64,000 bases of DNA from positions 30,541 through 94,540 of the forward strand of contig JBQVNB010000004.1 of NCBI GenBank assembly GCA_052435735.1, written 5' to 3'. Source of the stretch: Aliihoeflea sp. GTDB taxonomy: Bacteria > Pseudomonadota > Alphaproteobacteria > Rhizobiales > Rhizobiaceae. The notes beneath the pieces were generated by a model, which worked only from the letters and a program-made list of their open reading frames with translations, searched no databases and was not told the DNA's origin. Shown here one piece after another: positions 18,333 to 28,755 of this stretch. The position numbers and the translations under genes were made by a program. How positions within the stretch are numbered: the stretch's first letter is position 1; the number at the start of each line of letters is the position of its first letter.

Positions 18333-18944
18333 ATGAAGCTTTACGATGGTGGCCGCGCGCCGAACCCGCGACGGGTCCGCATTTTCCTGGCCGAGAAGGG
18401 CATCGAGGTGCCGCTCGAGCCGGTCGACATGGCGGCAATGGGCCACAAGTCGGACGCGGTGACGCAGCGCAATCCACTGCAGCGCCTGCCGGTGCTCGAA
18501 CTCGACGACGGCACGATCCTCGCCGAATCGGTCGCGATCTGCCGCTATTTCGAGGAGCTTCATCCCGAACCGCCACTCTTCGGCACCGGCGCGCTCGGCC
18601 GTGCGCAGGTCGAGATGTGGCAGCGGCGCATGGAACTGCACTTCCTCTCCGCCGTCGCGCAGGCATTTCGTCATATCCACCCGGCGATGAAGGACTGGGA
18701 AGTGCCGCAGATCCCCGAATGGGGTGAGGCGAACAAGCCGAAGGCGATTGACTATCTGCAGATGCTCGACCGCCATCTGGCCGACAGCCGCTTCATCGCG
18801 GGCGACGACTACACGATCGCGGACATCACCGGCCTCGTCGGCGTCGAGTTCATGAAACCGGCGCGACTCGAAGTGCCGGCCGACCTCGAAAACGTGAAGC
18901 GCTGGTTCGCTGAGGTCTCCGCTCGGCCGAGCGCCAGGGCCTGA
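18333..18944 (+). CDS. glutathione S-transferase
   Basis: Track ORF trimmed to MKLYDGGRAPNPRRVRIFLAEKG (GAGGGAGAG Shine-Dalgarno upstream). RLPVLELDDGTILAESVAICRY is the thioredoxin-fold GSH site. Confidence 0.85.
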   Translation: MKLYDGGRAPNPRRVRIFLAEKGIEVPLEPVDMAAMGHKSDAVTQRNPLQRLPVLELDDGTILAESVAICRYFEELHPEPPLFGTGALGRAQVEMWQRRMELHFLSAVAQAFRHIHPAMKDWEVPQIPEWGEANKPKAIDYLQMLDRHLADSRFIAGDDYTIADITGLVGVEFMKPARLEVPADLENVKRWFAEVSARPSARA

Positions 18945-19570
18945 TCCTGGGCGAAGCGGAAGAACTCGCCCGGCGCATCCGGCTTTGCCGCATCTGCCGG
19001 GATGCGCCGCTGAAGGCTCCGCTGCCGCACGAGTCGCGCCCGGTCGTCGTCGCGTCATCGACCGCGCGCGTCCTGATCGCGGGGCAGGCGCCCGGCACGC
19101 GGGTCCATGCGACGGGGCTGCCGTTCAACGACCGCTCGGGCGACAGGCTGCGCGACTGGATGGGTGTCTCGCGCGAGGAGTTCTACGATCCGGCGCTCTT
19201 CGCCATCGCGCCGATGGGTTTCTGCTTTCCGGGGCAGGACGCCAAGGGCGGCGACCTGCCGCCGCGCCGCGAATGTGCGCCGGTCTGGCGGGCACCGCTG
19301 ATGGAGACCATGCCGCAGATCGAGTTCGTTCTGGCGATCGGTCTCTACGCGCAACGCTGGCATCTCGGGCCGGAGTTCGGCCGTTCGCTGACCCGAAACG
19401 TCGAAGACTGGCGCGCGATCTTCCTGCGCAACACCAGTCCGCGCATCATCCCGCTGCCGCATCCCTCGTGGCGCAATACGGGCTGGCTGAAACGCCACCC
19501 GTTCTTCGAAAGCGAATTGCTTCCGGTGCTGCGGCGCGAAATCCGATTGTCGATACCGACGAGGGATTAG
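18941..19570 (+). CDS. uracil-DNA glycosylase family protein (start codon unresolved, CTG 18941 proposed)
   Basis: Own upstream translation in the frame of track ORF 19160..19570: LILGEAEELARRIRLCRICRDAPLKAPLPHESRPVVVASSTARVLIAGQAPGTRVHATGLPFNDRSGDRLRDWMGV. It holds the conserved GQAPG motif, but there is no ATG/GTG/TTG after the in-frame TGA at 18911. Confidence 0.7.
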   Translation: MILGEAEELARRIRLCRICRDAPLKAPLPHESRPVVVASSTARVLIAGQAPGTRVHATGLPFNDRSGDRLRDWMGVSREEFYDPALFAIAPMGFCFPGQDAKGGDLPPRRECAPVWRAPLMETMPQIEFVLAIGLYAQRWHLGPEFGRSLTRNVEDWRAIFLRNTSPRIIPLPHPSWRNTGWLKRHPFFESELLPVLRREIRLSIPTRD

Positions 19571-19669
19571 GACAATTTTGCTTCGCCGCGGTTGAATGGC
19601 CGGTGTTCATGCTTGGCTATCGCGTAGAACTTCGGCATTTTAGCATGAGATTTCTCATCGGAGCCTCAT

Positions 19670-20167
19670 ATGGACCGTCTCGACCGCAAGATCCTGCGTC
19701 TGCTGCAGGAAGATTCCACGCTGGCCGTGGCCGACGTCGCCAAGAAGGTGGGGCTGTCGACGACGCCATGCTGGCGGCGCATCCAGAAGCTCGAGGAGGA
19801 AGGCGTCATCCGCAAGCGGGTGGCGCTGCTCGATCCGGTGAAGATCAATGCGCGGGTGACCGTGTTCGTGTCGATCCGCACAAACTCGCACAGCCACGAA
19901 TGGCTGCGCCGGTTCTCGGAGGTCATTCAGGAGTTTCCGGAGGTCATCGAATTCTACCGGATGAGCGGCGACATCGACTATCTCCTGCGCGTCGTCGTGC
20001 CCGACATCGCCGCCTATGACGCCTTCTACAAGCGCCTGATCGCCAAGATCGAAATCCGCGACGTGTCCTCGTCCTTCGCCATGGAGCAGATCAAGTACAC
20101 GACGGAAATGCCGCTCGACTACATGGTGCTCGACAAGGAGAGCGGTTCGTCCAGCAACGCCGCTTGA
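19670..20167 (+). CDS. Lrp/AsnC family transcriptional regulator
   Basis: MDRLDRKILRLLQEDSTLAVADVAKKVGLSTTPCWRRIQKLEEEGVI plus a C-terminal RAM domain. Confidence 0.9.
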   Translation: MDRLDRKILRLLQEDSTLAVADVAKKVGLSTTPCWRRIQKLEEEGVIRKRVALLDPVKINARVTVFVSIRTNSHSHEWLRRFSEVIQEFPEVIEFYRMSGDIDYLLRVVVPDIAAYDAFYKRLIAKIEIRDVSSSFAMEQIKYTTEMPLDYMVLDKESGSSSNAA

Positions 20168-21034
20168 TCAGGAAAGGCGAGAGATCAGGGACGACGTGTC
20201 CCAGCGCTTGCCGCCCTTGCCCTGTACGTCCTTGTAGAACTGGTCGATGAGCGCGGTGACTGGAAGCTGAGCGCCATTGCGGTCGGCTTCCTCGAGGCAG
20301 ATGCCGAGATCCTTGCGCATCCAGTCGACCGCGAAGCCGAAGTCGAACTTGCCGTCGCGCATCGTCTTCCAGCGATTTTCCATCTGCCACGATCCGGCCG
20401 CGCCCTTGGAGATGACGTCGACGACCTTCTCGATGTCGAGCCCGGCGCGCTGGCCGAAGGCGATGCCTTCCGACAGGCCCTGGACGAGCCCGGCGATGCA
20501 GATCTGGTTGATCATCTTGGTGAGCTGCCCAGCGCCGACCGGACCCATCAGCCCGACCATCCGCGCATAGGCGTCGATGACGGGCTTTGCCTTGTCGTAA
20601 GTCGCCTGGTCGCCGCCACACATGACGGTGAGGACGCCGTTTTCGGCCCCCGCCTGGCCGCCTGAGACGGGCGCGTCGATGAAGCCGATGCCCTTATCGC
20701 TCGCCAGCGCCGCCAGTTCGCGCGCGACCTCGGCCGACGCAGTCGTGTTATCGATGAAGATCGACCCAGAAGCCATTGACGAGAAAGCGCCATCGGCGCC
20801 GAGTGCGACGGAGCGCAAATCGTCGTCATTGCCGACGCAGGAGAACACGAAATCGGCGCCCTTGGCGGCTTCTGCCGGCGTCGAGGCCGACTTGCCGGAG
20901 AACTCGGCAGCCCATTTCTCGGCCTTGGCGGTGGTGCGGTTGTAGACGGTGACGTCGTGGCCGCCCTTGGTCTTCAGATAGCCCGCCATGGGATATCCCA
21001 TCACGCCCAAACCCAGAAATGCGACCTTCGCCAT
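20168..21034 (-). CDS. NAD(P)-dependent oxidoreductase (3-hydroxyisobutyrate / 6-phosphogluconate dehydrogenase-like)
   Basis: MAKVAFLGLGVMGYPMAGYL Rossmann motif, 288 aa, beta-hydroxyacid dehydrogenase family layout. Confidence 0.85.
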   Translation of the reverse strand: MAKVAFLGLGVMGYPMAGYLKTKGGHDVTVYNRTTAKAEKWAAEFSGKSASTPAEAAKGADFVFSCVGNDDDLRSVALGADGAFSSMASGSIFIDNTTASAEVARELAALASDKGIGFIDAPVSGGQAGAENGVLTVMCGGDQATYDKAKPVIDAYARMVGLMGPVGAGQLTKMINQICIAGLVQGLSEGIAFGQRAGLDIEKVVDVISKGAAGSWQMENRWKTMRDGKFDFGFAVDWMRKDLGICLEEADRNGAQLPVTALIDQFYKDVQGKGGKRWDTSSLISRLS

Positions 21035-21058
21035 CGTGCTCTCCTCCTGTGTCGTCGA

Positions 21059-21562
21059 TCAAAGCCCCAGCCGGGACGTAATGAAATCTGCCATTGCCGC
21101 TATGTCATCGATCGGGAAGACGGGCAAGGTTTCCTCCGGCAATGCGTGGTCGCTGGCGACCGCGACGATGTTGGGATCGTCGGCCGAAAGCGGTCGCGTG
21201 TCCTTCGCTTCGCGCCGGCGCGTCTCGATCTTGAGGTGCCCCTCGCGCTTATAGCCTTCGACGATGACGAGGTCGCAGGGCGACAGACGCGCAAGGACGT
21301 CGTCCAGCGACGGTTGGCTCTCGCCGCGCAATTCGTGCATCAGCGCCCAGCGATCGCCCGAAACGATCGCGACCTCGCCGGCGCCGGCTTCGCGGTGGCG
21401 AAATGAGTCGGTGCCGGGCTGGTCGATGTCGAAGGCGTGATGGGCGTGCTTGATGGTCGAAACCTTGCGCCCGCGCGCGACGAACTCGGCCACGAGCCGC
21501 TCGGTCAGCGTCGTCTTGCCCGAATTCTTCCAGCCGGTAATGCCGATGACGCGCTGGCTCAT
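21059..21562 (-). CDS. mobB: molybdopterin-guanine dinucleotide biosynthesis protein B
   Basis: VIGITGWKNSGKTTL P-loop, 167 aa, 4-nt overlap with mobA. Confidence 0.88.
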   Translation of the reverse strand: MSQRVIGITGWKNSGKTTLTERLVAEFVARGRKVSTIKHAHHAFDIDQPGTDSFRHREAGAGEVAIVSGDRWALMHELRGESQPSLDDVLARLSPCDLVIVEGYKREGHLKIETRRREAKDTRPLSADDPNIVAVASDHALPEETLPVFPIDDIAAMADFITSRLGL

Positions 21563-22143
21563 GGTCTGATCAAGCGCTCCGCTTCTGCAAGGTCTTCGGG
21601 CGTGTTGACGTTGAAGAACGGATCGAAAGGCTCGGCGTCGAATTCGACCGAATCGAAAACAAATTCCTCGAGAAATGCCATGACCTTGCGGGTTTCCGCT
21701 CGTTCGAGAAATGCGGCAAGCGGATCGAGGGCGGCGATCGGCCAGAGCGCGAAGACGGGATGATTTCGGCCGGCCGAGCGGGCGACGATTATGCGGCTGC
21801 GGTCACTGTGCGCAAGGGATACGACGAGATCGCCGGGAAAGAACGGGCTGTCGACGGCAACGCTGGCGAGTGCGGTGTGACCCTGCGACTTCGCCCATTC
21901 GAGCCCGGCACGGACGCCGGCGAGCGGGCCCTCGAAAGTCTGGACCGCGTCGGCAAGGACCGGTGCGTCGATCGTGCCCGGCGCAAGCGTGTTGGAACTG
22001 ACCGCAAGCGCATCGACCTGCGGTGCAAGGCGCTCGACCGCCCGGGAAAGGAGCGTGCGCCCGCCGAGAACGGTCATCGCCTTGTCGCTGCCGCCCATGC
22101 GTGTGGAACGTCCGCCGGCCAGAACGATGCCTGCCGTGCTCAT
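21559..22143 (-). CDS. mobA: molybdenum cofactor guanylyltransferase
   Basis: Track ORF trimmed to MSTAGIVLAGGRSTRMGGSDK (MobA signature LAGG-x-S-x-RMG). Confidence 0.88.
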   Translation of the reverse strand: MSTAGIVLAGGRSTRMGGSDKAMTVLGGRTLLSRAVERLAPQVDALAVSSNTLAPGTIDAPVLADAVQTFEGPLAGVRAGLEWAKSQGHTALASVAVDSPFFPGDLVVSLAHSDRSRIIVARSAGRNHPVFALWPIAALDPLAAFLERAETRKVMAFLEEFVFDSVEFDAEPFDPFFNVNTPEDLAEAERLIRP

Positions 22144-23354
22144 CGCGTCAGCTCGCCTTTTCGTGCGGCGACGTTGAGCACGTAGAGAGCCGCGACGATG
22201 CCGAGGCAGGACGATGCGAGCATGACCCAAAGCAGCGGCGCCGGGCCGGTTTCAGGGCCGAGAAGAGCGCCCGCGAGCATGGAAAGACCCGCACCGCCGC
22301 CGATCTGCATGGCTCCGCCGAGGCCGGAAGCCGAACCGGCGATATGCGGGCGGACGCTGACGATCCCGGCCATGGCGTTGGGCAGCGTCATGCCGTTGCC
22401 GAGCCCGACGAACATGACGGGCACGAAAAGCGATGCCGGCGAGACATATCCGGCGAAATAGAGGAGCAGCGGCACGGACATGCCCGTCGCCGCGACGATG
22501 TTGCCGGTCAGGAGCATCCGGTTGATGCCGAGGCGGCTCGACAGTCGCCCGGACAGGAAATTGCCGACCATGTAGCCGACCGACACGAAGCCGAAATAGA
22601 AGCCGTATTGCGAGGGCGACAGGCCGAAGATCTCGCTCGCGACATAGGGGCCGCCGCCGAGGAACGCGAAGAACGTGCCCGACGTGAAGGCCGCCGTCAG
22701 CGTGTAGCCCCAGAAGCGTTCCGACTTGATCAGTTCGGGATAGGAACGCACCTGCGCGAAAAGCGAGGCGGACGGGCGCAGATTCGTCTCGCCGAGATCG
22801 ATCCAGATGATGGCGAACGCCGTCATGCCGAATGCGAGGGTGAGCAGAAATGTCGACTGCCAGCCGTAAATCTCGTCGAGGAAGCCGCCGATGATCGGTC
22901 CGATCATCGGGACGAGCGTCATGCCCATGGTGACGTAGCCGATCTTGCTCGCGGCCTGGTCCGGGCCGACCGTATCGCGGATGATCGCGCGCGACAGAAC
23001 CATGCCAGCAGCCGAGAATGCCTGCAGGATGCGACAGGCAAGCAGGATCTCGATCGTCGGCGCGAACACGGCGGCAAGGGTTCCAAACAGGAACACTGCA
23101 AAACAGGAAAGCAGGACCGGGCGGCGCCCGAACCGGTCCGACGCCGGACCGATCAGGAGCTGAAGCACGGCCGTCGCGACGAGATAGAGCGCGACCGCCA
23201 ACTGCACCACCGAGTAATCGGCATCGAAATGCCGCGCCATCGCTGGCAGGGATGGCAGGAAGACGTTCATCGCAAGCGCGCTCGACGCCGTTGCCATCAC
23301 CAGCGTGAAGATGTGCGGTGGGGTCGCCGCGCGGTGGGCGAGGGGCATCGTCAT
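22140..23354 (-). CDS. MFS transporter (Bcr/CflA drug-resistance subfamily-like)
   Basis: 404 aa, 12 TM segments, motif GPASDRFGRRPVLL. Its stop overlaps the mobA start by 4 nt. Confidence 0.85.
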   Translation of the reverse strand: MTMPLAHRAATPPHIFTLVMATASSALAMNVFLPSLPAMARHFDADYSVVQLAVALYLVATAVLQLLIGPASDRFGRRPVLLSCFAVFLFGTLAAVFAPTIEILLACRILQAFSAAGMVLSRAIIRDTVGPDQAASKIGYVTMGMTLVPMIGPIIGGFLDEIYGWQSTFLLTLAFGMTAFAIIWIDLGETNLRPSASLFAQVRSYPELIKSERFWGYTLTAAFTSGTFFAFLGGGPYVASEIFGLSPSQYGFYFGFVSVGYMVGNFLSGRLSSRLGINRMLLTGNIVAATGMSVPLLLYFAGYVSPASLFVPVMFVGLGNGMTLPNAMAGIVSVRPHIAGSASGLGGAMQIGGGAGLSMLAGALLGPETGPAPLLWVMLASSCLGIVAALYVLNVAARKGELTR

Positions 23355-23420
23355 CGGGTCGAAATGAACACGTTAATCATGGCGTGTGAATAGGCCTCAT
23401 CCGCCTTCGCTTCAAGCTTC

Positions 23421-24341
23421 TCAAACGCCGTCAGGCGCCATTGCAGGCGACGTCGTGTCGGCAACCGGCTGCGTCTTGCCCGCATGGCGCTCGCGGTAGA
23501 GCGTATAGAGGCCGGACGCGACGACGATCGACGCTCCGACGAGCATCGCGGCATCGGGAACTTCGCCGAACACGAGCAGGCCGAGCAGAAGCGCCCAGAT
23601 CAGGGCCGTATAGCGGAAGGGTGCGACGAACGAGATGTCCCCTGCGCGCATCGCCATGATGATGAACTGGTAGCCGATGATGAGAAGGACGGCGGCACCC
23701 AGCAGCATCGAGGTGCTGGTCACGGTCAACGGGGTCCAACCGCCATAAGGCACGACGAGGAATCCTCCGATCACGGTGACGAAGAGCGCGGTAGCGAACG
23801 ATACGGCCAGCGAGGGAATTTCCTGGGGGATGCGCCGCGTCACGAGATCGCGAAGGGCGCAGAAGGCGACGCAGAGCAGCGCCAGGAGCGAATAGGAATT
23901 GAAGCCCTCGAAGCCGGGCCGGACGATGATCAGGACGCCGGCAAAACCGACGAGAATGGCCGTCCAGCGCCGCCAGCCCACTGGTTCGTTGAGGAAAAGC
24001 GCTGCGCCCATCGTGACGGCGAGAGGCAGCGCCTGCAGGATCGCCGACACATTGGCGAGCGGCATCTGCGCGAGCGCGGCGAGAAAACAGAGCGTGCTGC
24101 CGATCTCGCTGGCCGCCCGCACGGCGACGAGGGGGCGGCGGAGCGACGACAGCGACGACAGGACGCCGCCATGCCAGGCGAGCAGGCCGATCATGATCGT
24201 GGCGAACGTGCCGCGAACCACCATCACCTGCGCGGCGTGCATGTCGCTGATGACCGTTTTCGTCAGCGCATCATTGAGAGTGAACCCGGCCATCGAAATG
24301 GCCATGAACAGGGCGGCGCGGAGGTTTGGCGAAAGATTCAC
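23421..24341 (-). CDS. DMT (EamA) family transporter
   Basis: 306 aa, 10 TM segments, duplicated EamA-like halves. Confidence 0.8.
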   Translation of the reverse strand: MNLSPNLRAALFMAISMAGFTLNDALTKTVISDMHAAQVMVVRGTFATIMIGLLAWHGGVLSSLSSLRRPLVAVRAASEIGSTLCFLAALAQMPLANVSAILQALPLAVTMGAALFLNEPVGWRRWTAILVGFAGVLIIVRPGFEGFNSYSLLALLCVAFCALRDLVTRRIPQEIPSLAVSFATALFVTVIGGFLVVPYGGWTPLTVTSTSMLLGAAVLLIIGYQFIIMAMRAGDISFVAPFRYTALIWALLLGLLVFGEVPDAAMLVGASIVVASGLYTLYRERHAGKTQPVADTTSPAMAPDGV

Positions 24342-24430
24342 GGATGCTGGCTCGTCGGTTGGCTCGACGATGCCTTAGGATGCCGCGTGGCCGGGCGCAA
24401 CGGACCAGCGGCGCGAATGTCTACGCCAGA

Positions 24431-25462
24431 TCAGCCGCCAGTGACGCTCATGTGACGCGAAACGGAGGGCCGATTGGTGCGGCGGTCGATGACGAAGTCG
24501 TGACCCTTGGGCTTTCGGCCGATCGCTTCGTCGATCGCGTTGGACAAAAGCTCGTTTCCCTCGGAAGCGCGCAGCGCGGCTCTCAGATCGGCGGCGTCGT
24601 CCTGGCCAAGGCACATATAGAGCGTGCCGGTGCAGGTCAGGCGCACGCGGTTGCAGCTTTCGCAGAAATTGTGGGTCATCGGCGTGATGAAGCCCAACCG
24701 CCCGCCGGTTTCCGCCACCTCGACATAGCGGGCGGGACCGCCGGTCTTGTACGGGATGTCGGCAAAGGTGAATTCGCGCTCGAGCTGTGCGCGCAGAAGG
24801 GACAACGGCAGGTACTGATCCGTCCGGTCCTCGTCGATCTCGCCCATCGGCATCGTCTCGATGACCGTCATGTCCATGCCGCGGCCATGCGCCCAGCGCA
24901 GCATGCCGGGGATTTCGTGGTCGTTGAAGCCCTTGAGCGCGACCGCGTTGATCTTGATCTTCAGACCCGCCGCCTGCGCGGCATCGATGCCGGCCATGAC
25001 CTTGGAGATGTCGCCCCAGCGGGTGATCTGCTTGAATTTCGTCGGGTCGAGCGTATCGAGCGAGACGTTGATCCGCCTGACGCCGCATTCGGCGAGCTCG
25101 GCCGCGAAGCGCTGGAGCTGCGAACCGTTGGTGGTCAGCGTCAGTTCCTCGAGCGCGCCGCTTTCGATGTGGCGCGAGAGATCGCGGACGAGGTGCATGA
25201 TGTTCTTGCGCACCAGCGGCTCGCCGCCTGTCAGGCGCAGCTTTTTTACGCCCTTTTCGATGAAGACCGTGCAGAGCCGGTCGAGTTCTTCGAGGCTGAG
25301 AAGATCGCGCTTTGGCAGGAAGGTCATGTCTTCCGCCATGCAATAGGTGCAGCGGAAGTCGCAGCGATCCGTCACCGAGACGCGCAGATAGGAGATCGCG
25401 CGCCCGAACGGGTCGATCATGCTGGTGTCGCCGAAATTCATGCCATTGCCTTCGATGCCCAT
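24431..25462 (-). CDS. moaA: GTP 3',8-cyclase (molybdenum cofactor biosynthesis protein A)
   Basis: [19 protein letters not shown] radical-SAM C-x3-C-x2-C motif and C-terminal [13 protein letters not shown] second cluster. Confidence 0.92.
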   Translation of the reverse strand: MGIEGNGMNFGDTSMIDPFGRAISYLRVSVTDRCDFRCTYCMAEDMTFLPKRDLLSLEELDRLCTVFIEKGVKKLRLTGGEPLVRKNIMHLVRDLSRHIESGALEELTLTTNGSQLQRFAAELAECGVRRINVSLDTLDPTKFKQITRWGDISKVMAGIDAAQAAGLKIKINAVALKGFNDHEIPGMLRWAHGRGMDMTVIETMPMGEIDEDRTDQYLPLSLLRAQLEREFTFADIPYKTGGPARYVEVAETGGRLGFITPMTHNFCESCNRVRLTCTGTLYMCLGQDDAADLRAALRASEGNELLSNAIDEAIGRKPKGHDFVIDRRTNRPSVSRHMSVTGG

Positions 25463-25571
25463 CCCGTCAATTTCGTGATCTTTTGCCCGGCGCGCAAGCC
25501 CGATGCGCCGAAAGTATGGCGCATGACGATGAATTGAGGCATTCGGGTGGGAAAGATTGAAGAGGTTTCAC

Positions 25572-25922
25572 ATGCGGCCACCATCGGAATTGCGCGTCTC
25601 GAAGGATCGGCGGCTGCTGACGATCCTCTTCGACAATCACGCGCCGATCCCGCTCGAAGCGGAGTTTCTGCGCGTCGTCTCGCCGTCCGCCGAAGTGCAG
25701 GGCCACTCGCCCGAACAACGGGTGACCGTGCCGGGCAAGCGCAATGTCGCCATCTCGAAGATGGAGCCGGTCGGCAATTATGCCGTGCGCATCGTCTTCG
25801 ACGACGGGCATGACACCGGCATCTTCACCTGGGACTACCTGCACACACTCGGCCACGAGAAGGACACGCGCTGGCAGGCCTATGTCGACGAACTGGCGGC
25901 GAAGGGCCTGTCTCGCGACTAG
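25572..25922 (+). CDS. DUF971 (gamma-butyrobetaine hydroxylase N-terminal-like) domain protein
   Basis: LRVVSPSAEVQGH...VGNYAVRIVFDDGHDTGIFTWDYL. ATG 25572 has a GAGG Shine-Dalgarno. The track uses TTG 25557. Confidence 0.7.
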   Translation: MRPPSELRVSKDRRLLTILFDNHAPIPLEAEFLRVVSPSAEVQGHSPEQRVTVPGKRNVAISKMEPVGNYAVRIVFDDGHDTGIFTWDYLHTLGHEKDTRWQAYVDELAAKGLSRD

Positions 25923-26380
25923 TCTTCCTTCAACGCCTCGCTGATGCGGCGCATCTGGTCGCCGAGCCGCTCGCACTGGTCGGGCGTCGATTGCGCCATG
26001 ACGCGGTCGAGAAGGGCGGCGTAGATTTCCATCGCCTTCATCAGCCGCGCCTCGCCCTCGTCGGTGAGGTAGAGCCGCATGACGCGGCGGTCGTGCTCGT
26101 CCGGTTCGCGGCGCAGCAGGCCCTGGCTTTCGAGCTGCGGCAGAAGCATCGTGATGTTCGACCGACCGACGAGGAGCCGGCGCGCAAGATCGTGCTGCGA
26201 CAGGCCGGGGTGGCGGTAGAGGTTCATCAGAACGTCGAGTTGGCCGATCTTCAGCGGCGCGATCGCCTTGGCGAGTTCACGCACCACGGCGCGCTCGGCT
26301 CGCACGACCGCGATCCAGTTGCGGAACCGGGGATTGTCCCAGGGCAGGCGCGGCGCGTCGGTCGGTTTCGTTGCGGTCAA
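25919..26380 (-). CDS. MarR family transcriptional regulator
   Basis: LSQHDLARRLLVGRSNITMLLPQLESQGLLRREPDEHDRRVMRLYLTDEG winged helix. 4-nt overlap with the upstream rhodanese gene. Confidence 0.85.
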   Translation of the reverse strand: MTATKPTDAPRLPWDNPRFRNWIAVVRAERAVVRELAKAIAPLKIGQLDVLMNLYRHPGLSQHDLARRLLVGRSNITMLLPQLESQGLLRREPDEHDRRVMRLYLTDEGEARLMKAMEIYAALLDRVMAQSTPDQCERLGDQMRRISEALKED

Positions 26381-26775
26381 GGCTTGCGCTCGGCGGGCGG
26401 ATCATAGGGCAGCCCGGCTTCCTTCCAGGCGCCGAATCCGCCCTCGATGTGTTTGACGCGCGAGAGCCCCATGTCCTGCGCGGTCTTGGTGGCGAGCGCG
26501 GAGCGCAGGCCACCAGCACAGAAGAAGACGAAGGTCTTGCCGCTGGCGAAGACCGGCTTGTGATAGGGGCTTTCCGGATCGATCCAGAACTCCAGCATGC
26601 CGCGCGGCGCATGCAGCGTGTGCGGGATGCGCCCCTCGCGGTCGAGTTCGCGCGGATCGCGGATATCGACCAGCACGACGTCGTCGCGCGCGGCGAGTTC
26701 CTGCGCCTCGACTGGCGATATCGCCTCGATTTCGGCATTGGCTTCTTCGAGCAATGCCTTGTAGCCCTTTTTCAT
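26377..26775 (-). CDS. rhodanese-like single-domain sulfurtransferase
   Basis: Active-site loop FFCAGGLRS (C-x4-R), 132 aa. Confidence 0.85.
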   Translation of the reverse strand: MKKGYKALLEEANAEIEAISPVEAQELAARDDVVLVDIRDPRELDREGRIPHTLHAPRGMLEFWIDPESPYHKPVFASGKTFVFFCAGGLRSALATKTAQDMGLSRVKHIEGGFGAWKEAGLPYDPPAERKP

Positions 26776-26844
26776 GGCAGGCCTCCTGACCTGCCGATGA
26801 TGGCCGCGCGGAAGCGCCAGCGCAAGACGCTCCCGCGCTCCTCG

Positions 26845-28464
<1,620 letters not shown>

Positions 28465-28755
28465 CGGCGAAAGATCTCCGGAAAGAAACAGGTTGGCAGG
28501 CTCTTAAAGCGAAACGGGCTTGGATTGAAGCCTGCCTTTGGGCGATGGGCGAGCGTTGTATTCCTGCAATGGTCGCGACAAAACCGGCCAAGGCGGCGCC
28601 GCATGCCTTGAACCCGACGCACCGTCATCCTTAGCATCGTGGTCGCGGCGGGCGAGAGTTTGCGATTTGGAAACCATATCGGGTCCAGTGTCGGGCTCTG
28701 TGTGTTTGCCGGCCCACGCGGCGCCCGACTGGAACTCTCGAACGGATTGGACGAC

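Noticed and set aside
18985-20019. 344-aa plus-strand ORF overlapping the UDG-family and Lrp genes.
   Set aside because: It is out of frame with two recognisable genes, and its translation is Arg/Ala/Gly-rich low-complexity sequence, so it is a shadow ORF.
25463-25556. Moco riboswitch upstream of moaA, and a cobalamin riboswitch upstream of cobT (14940..15066).
   Set aside because: The leaders are only about 94 and 127 bp, shorter than I would expect for either riboswitch. I could not find the conserved core elements, such as a B12 box.
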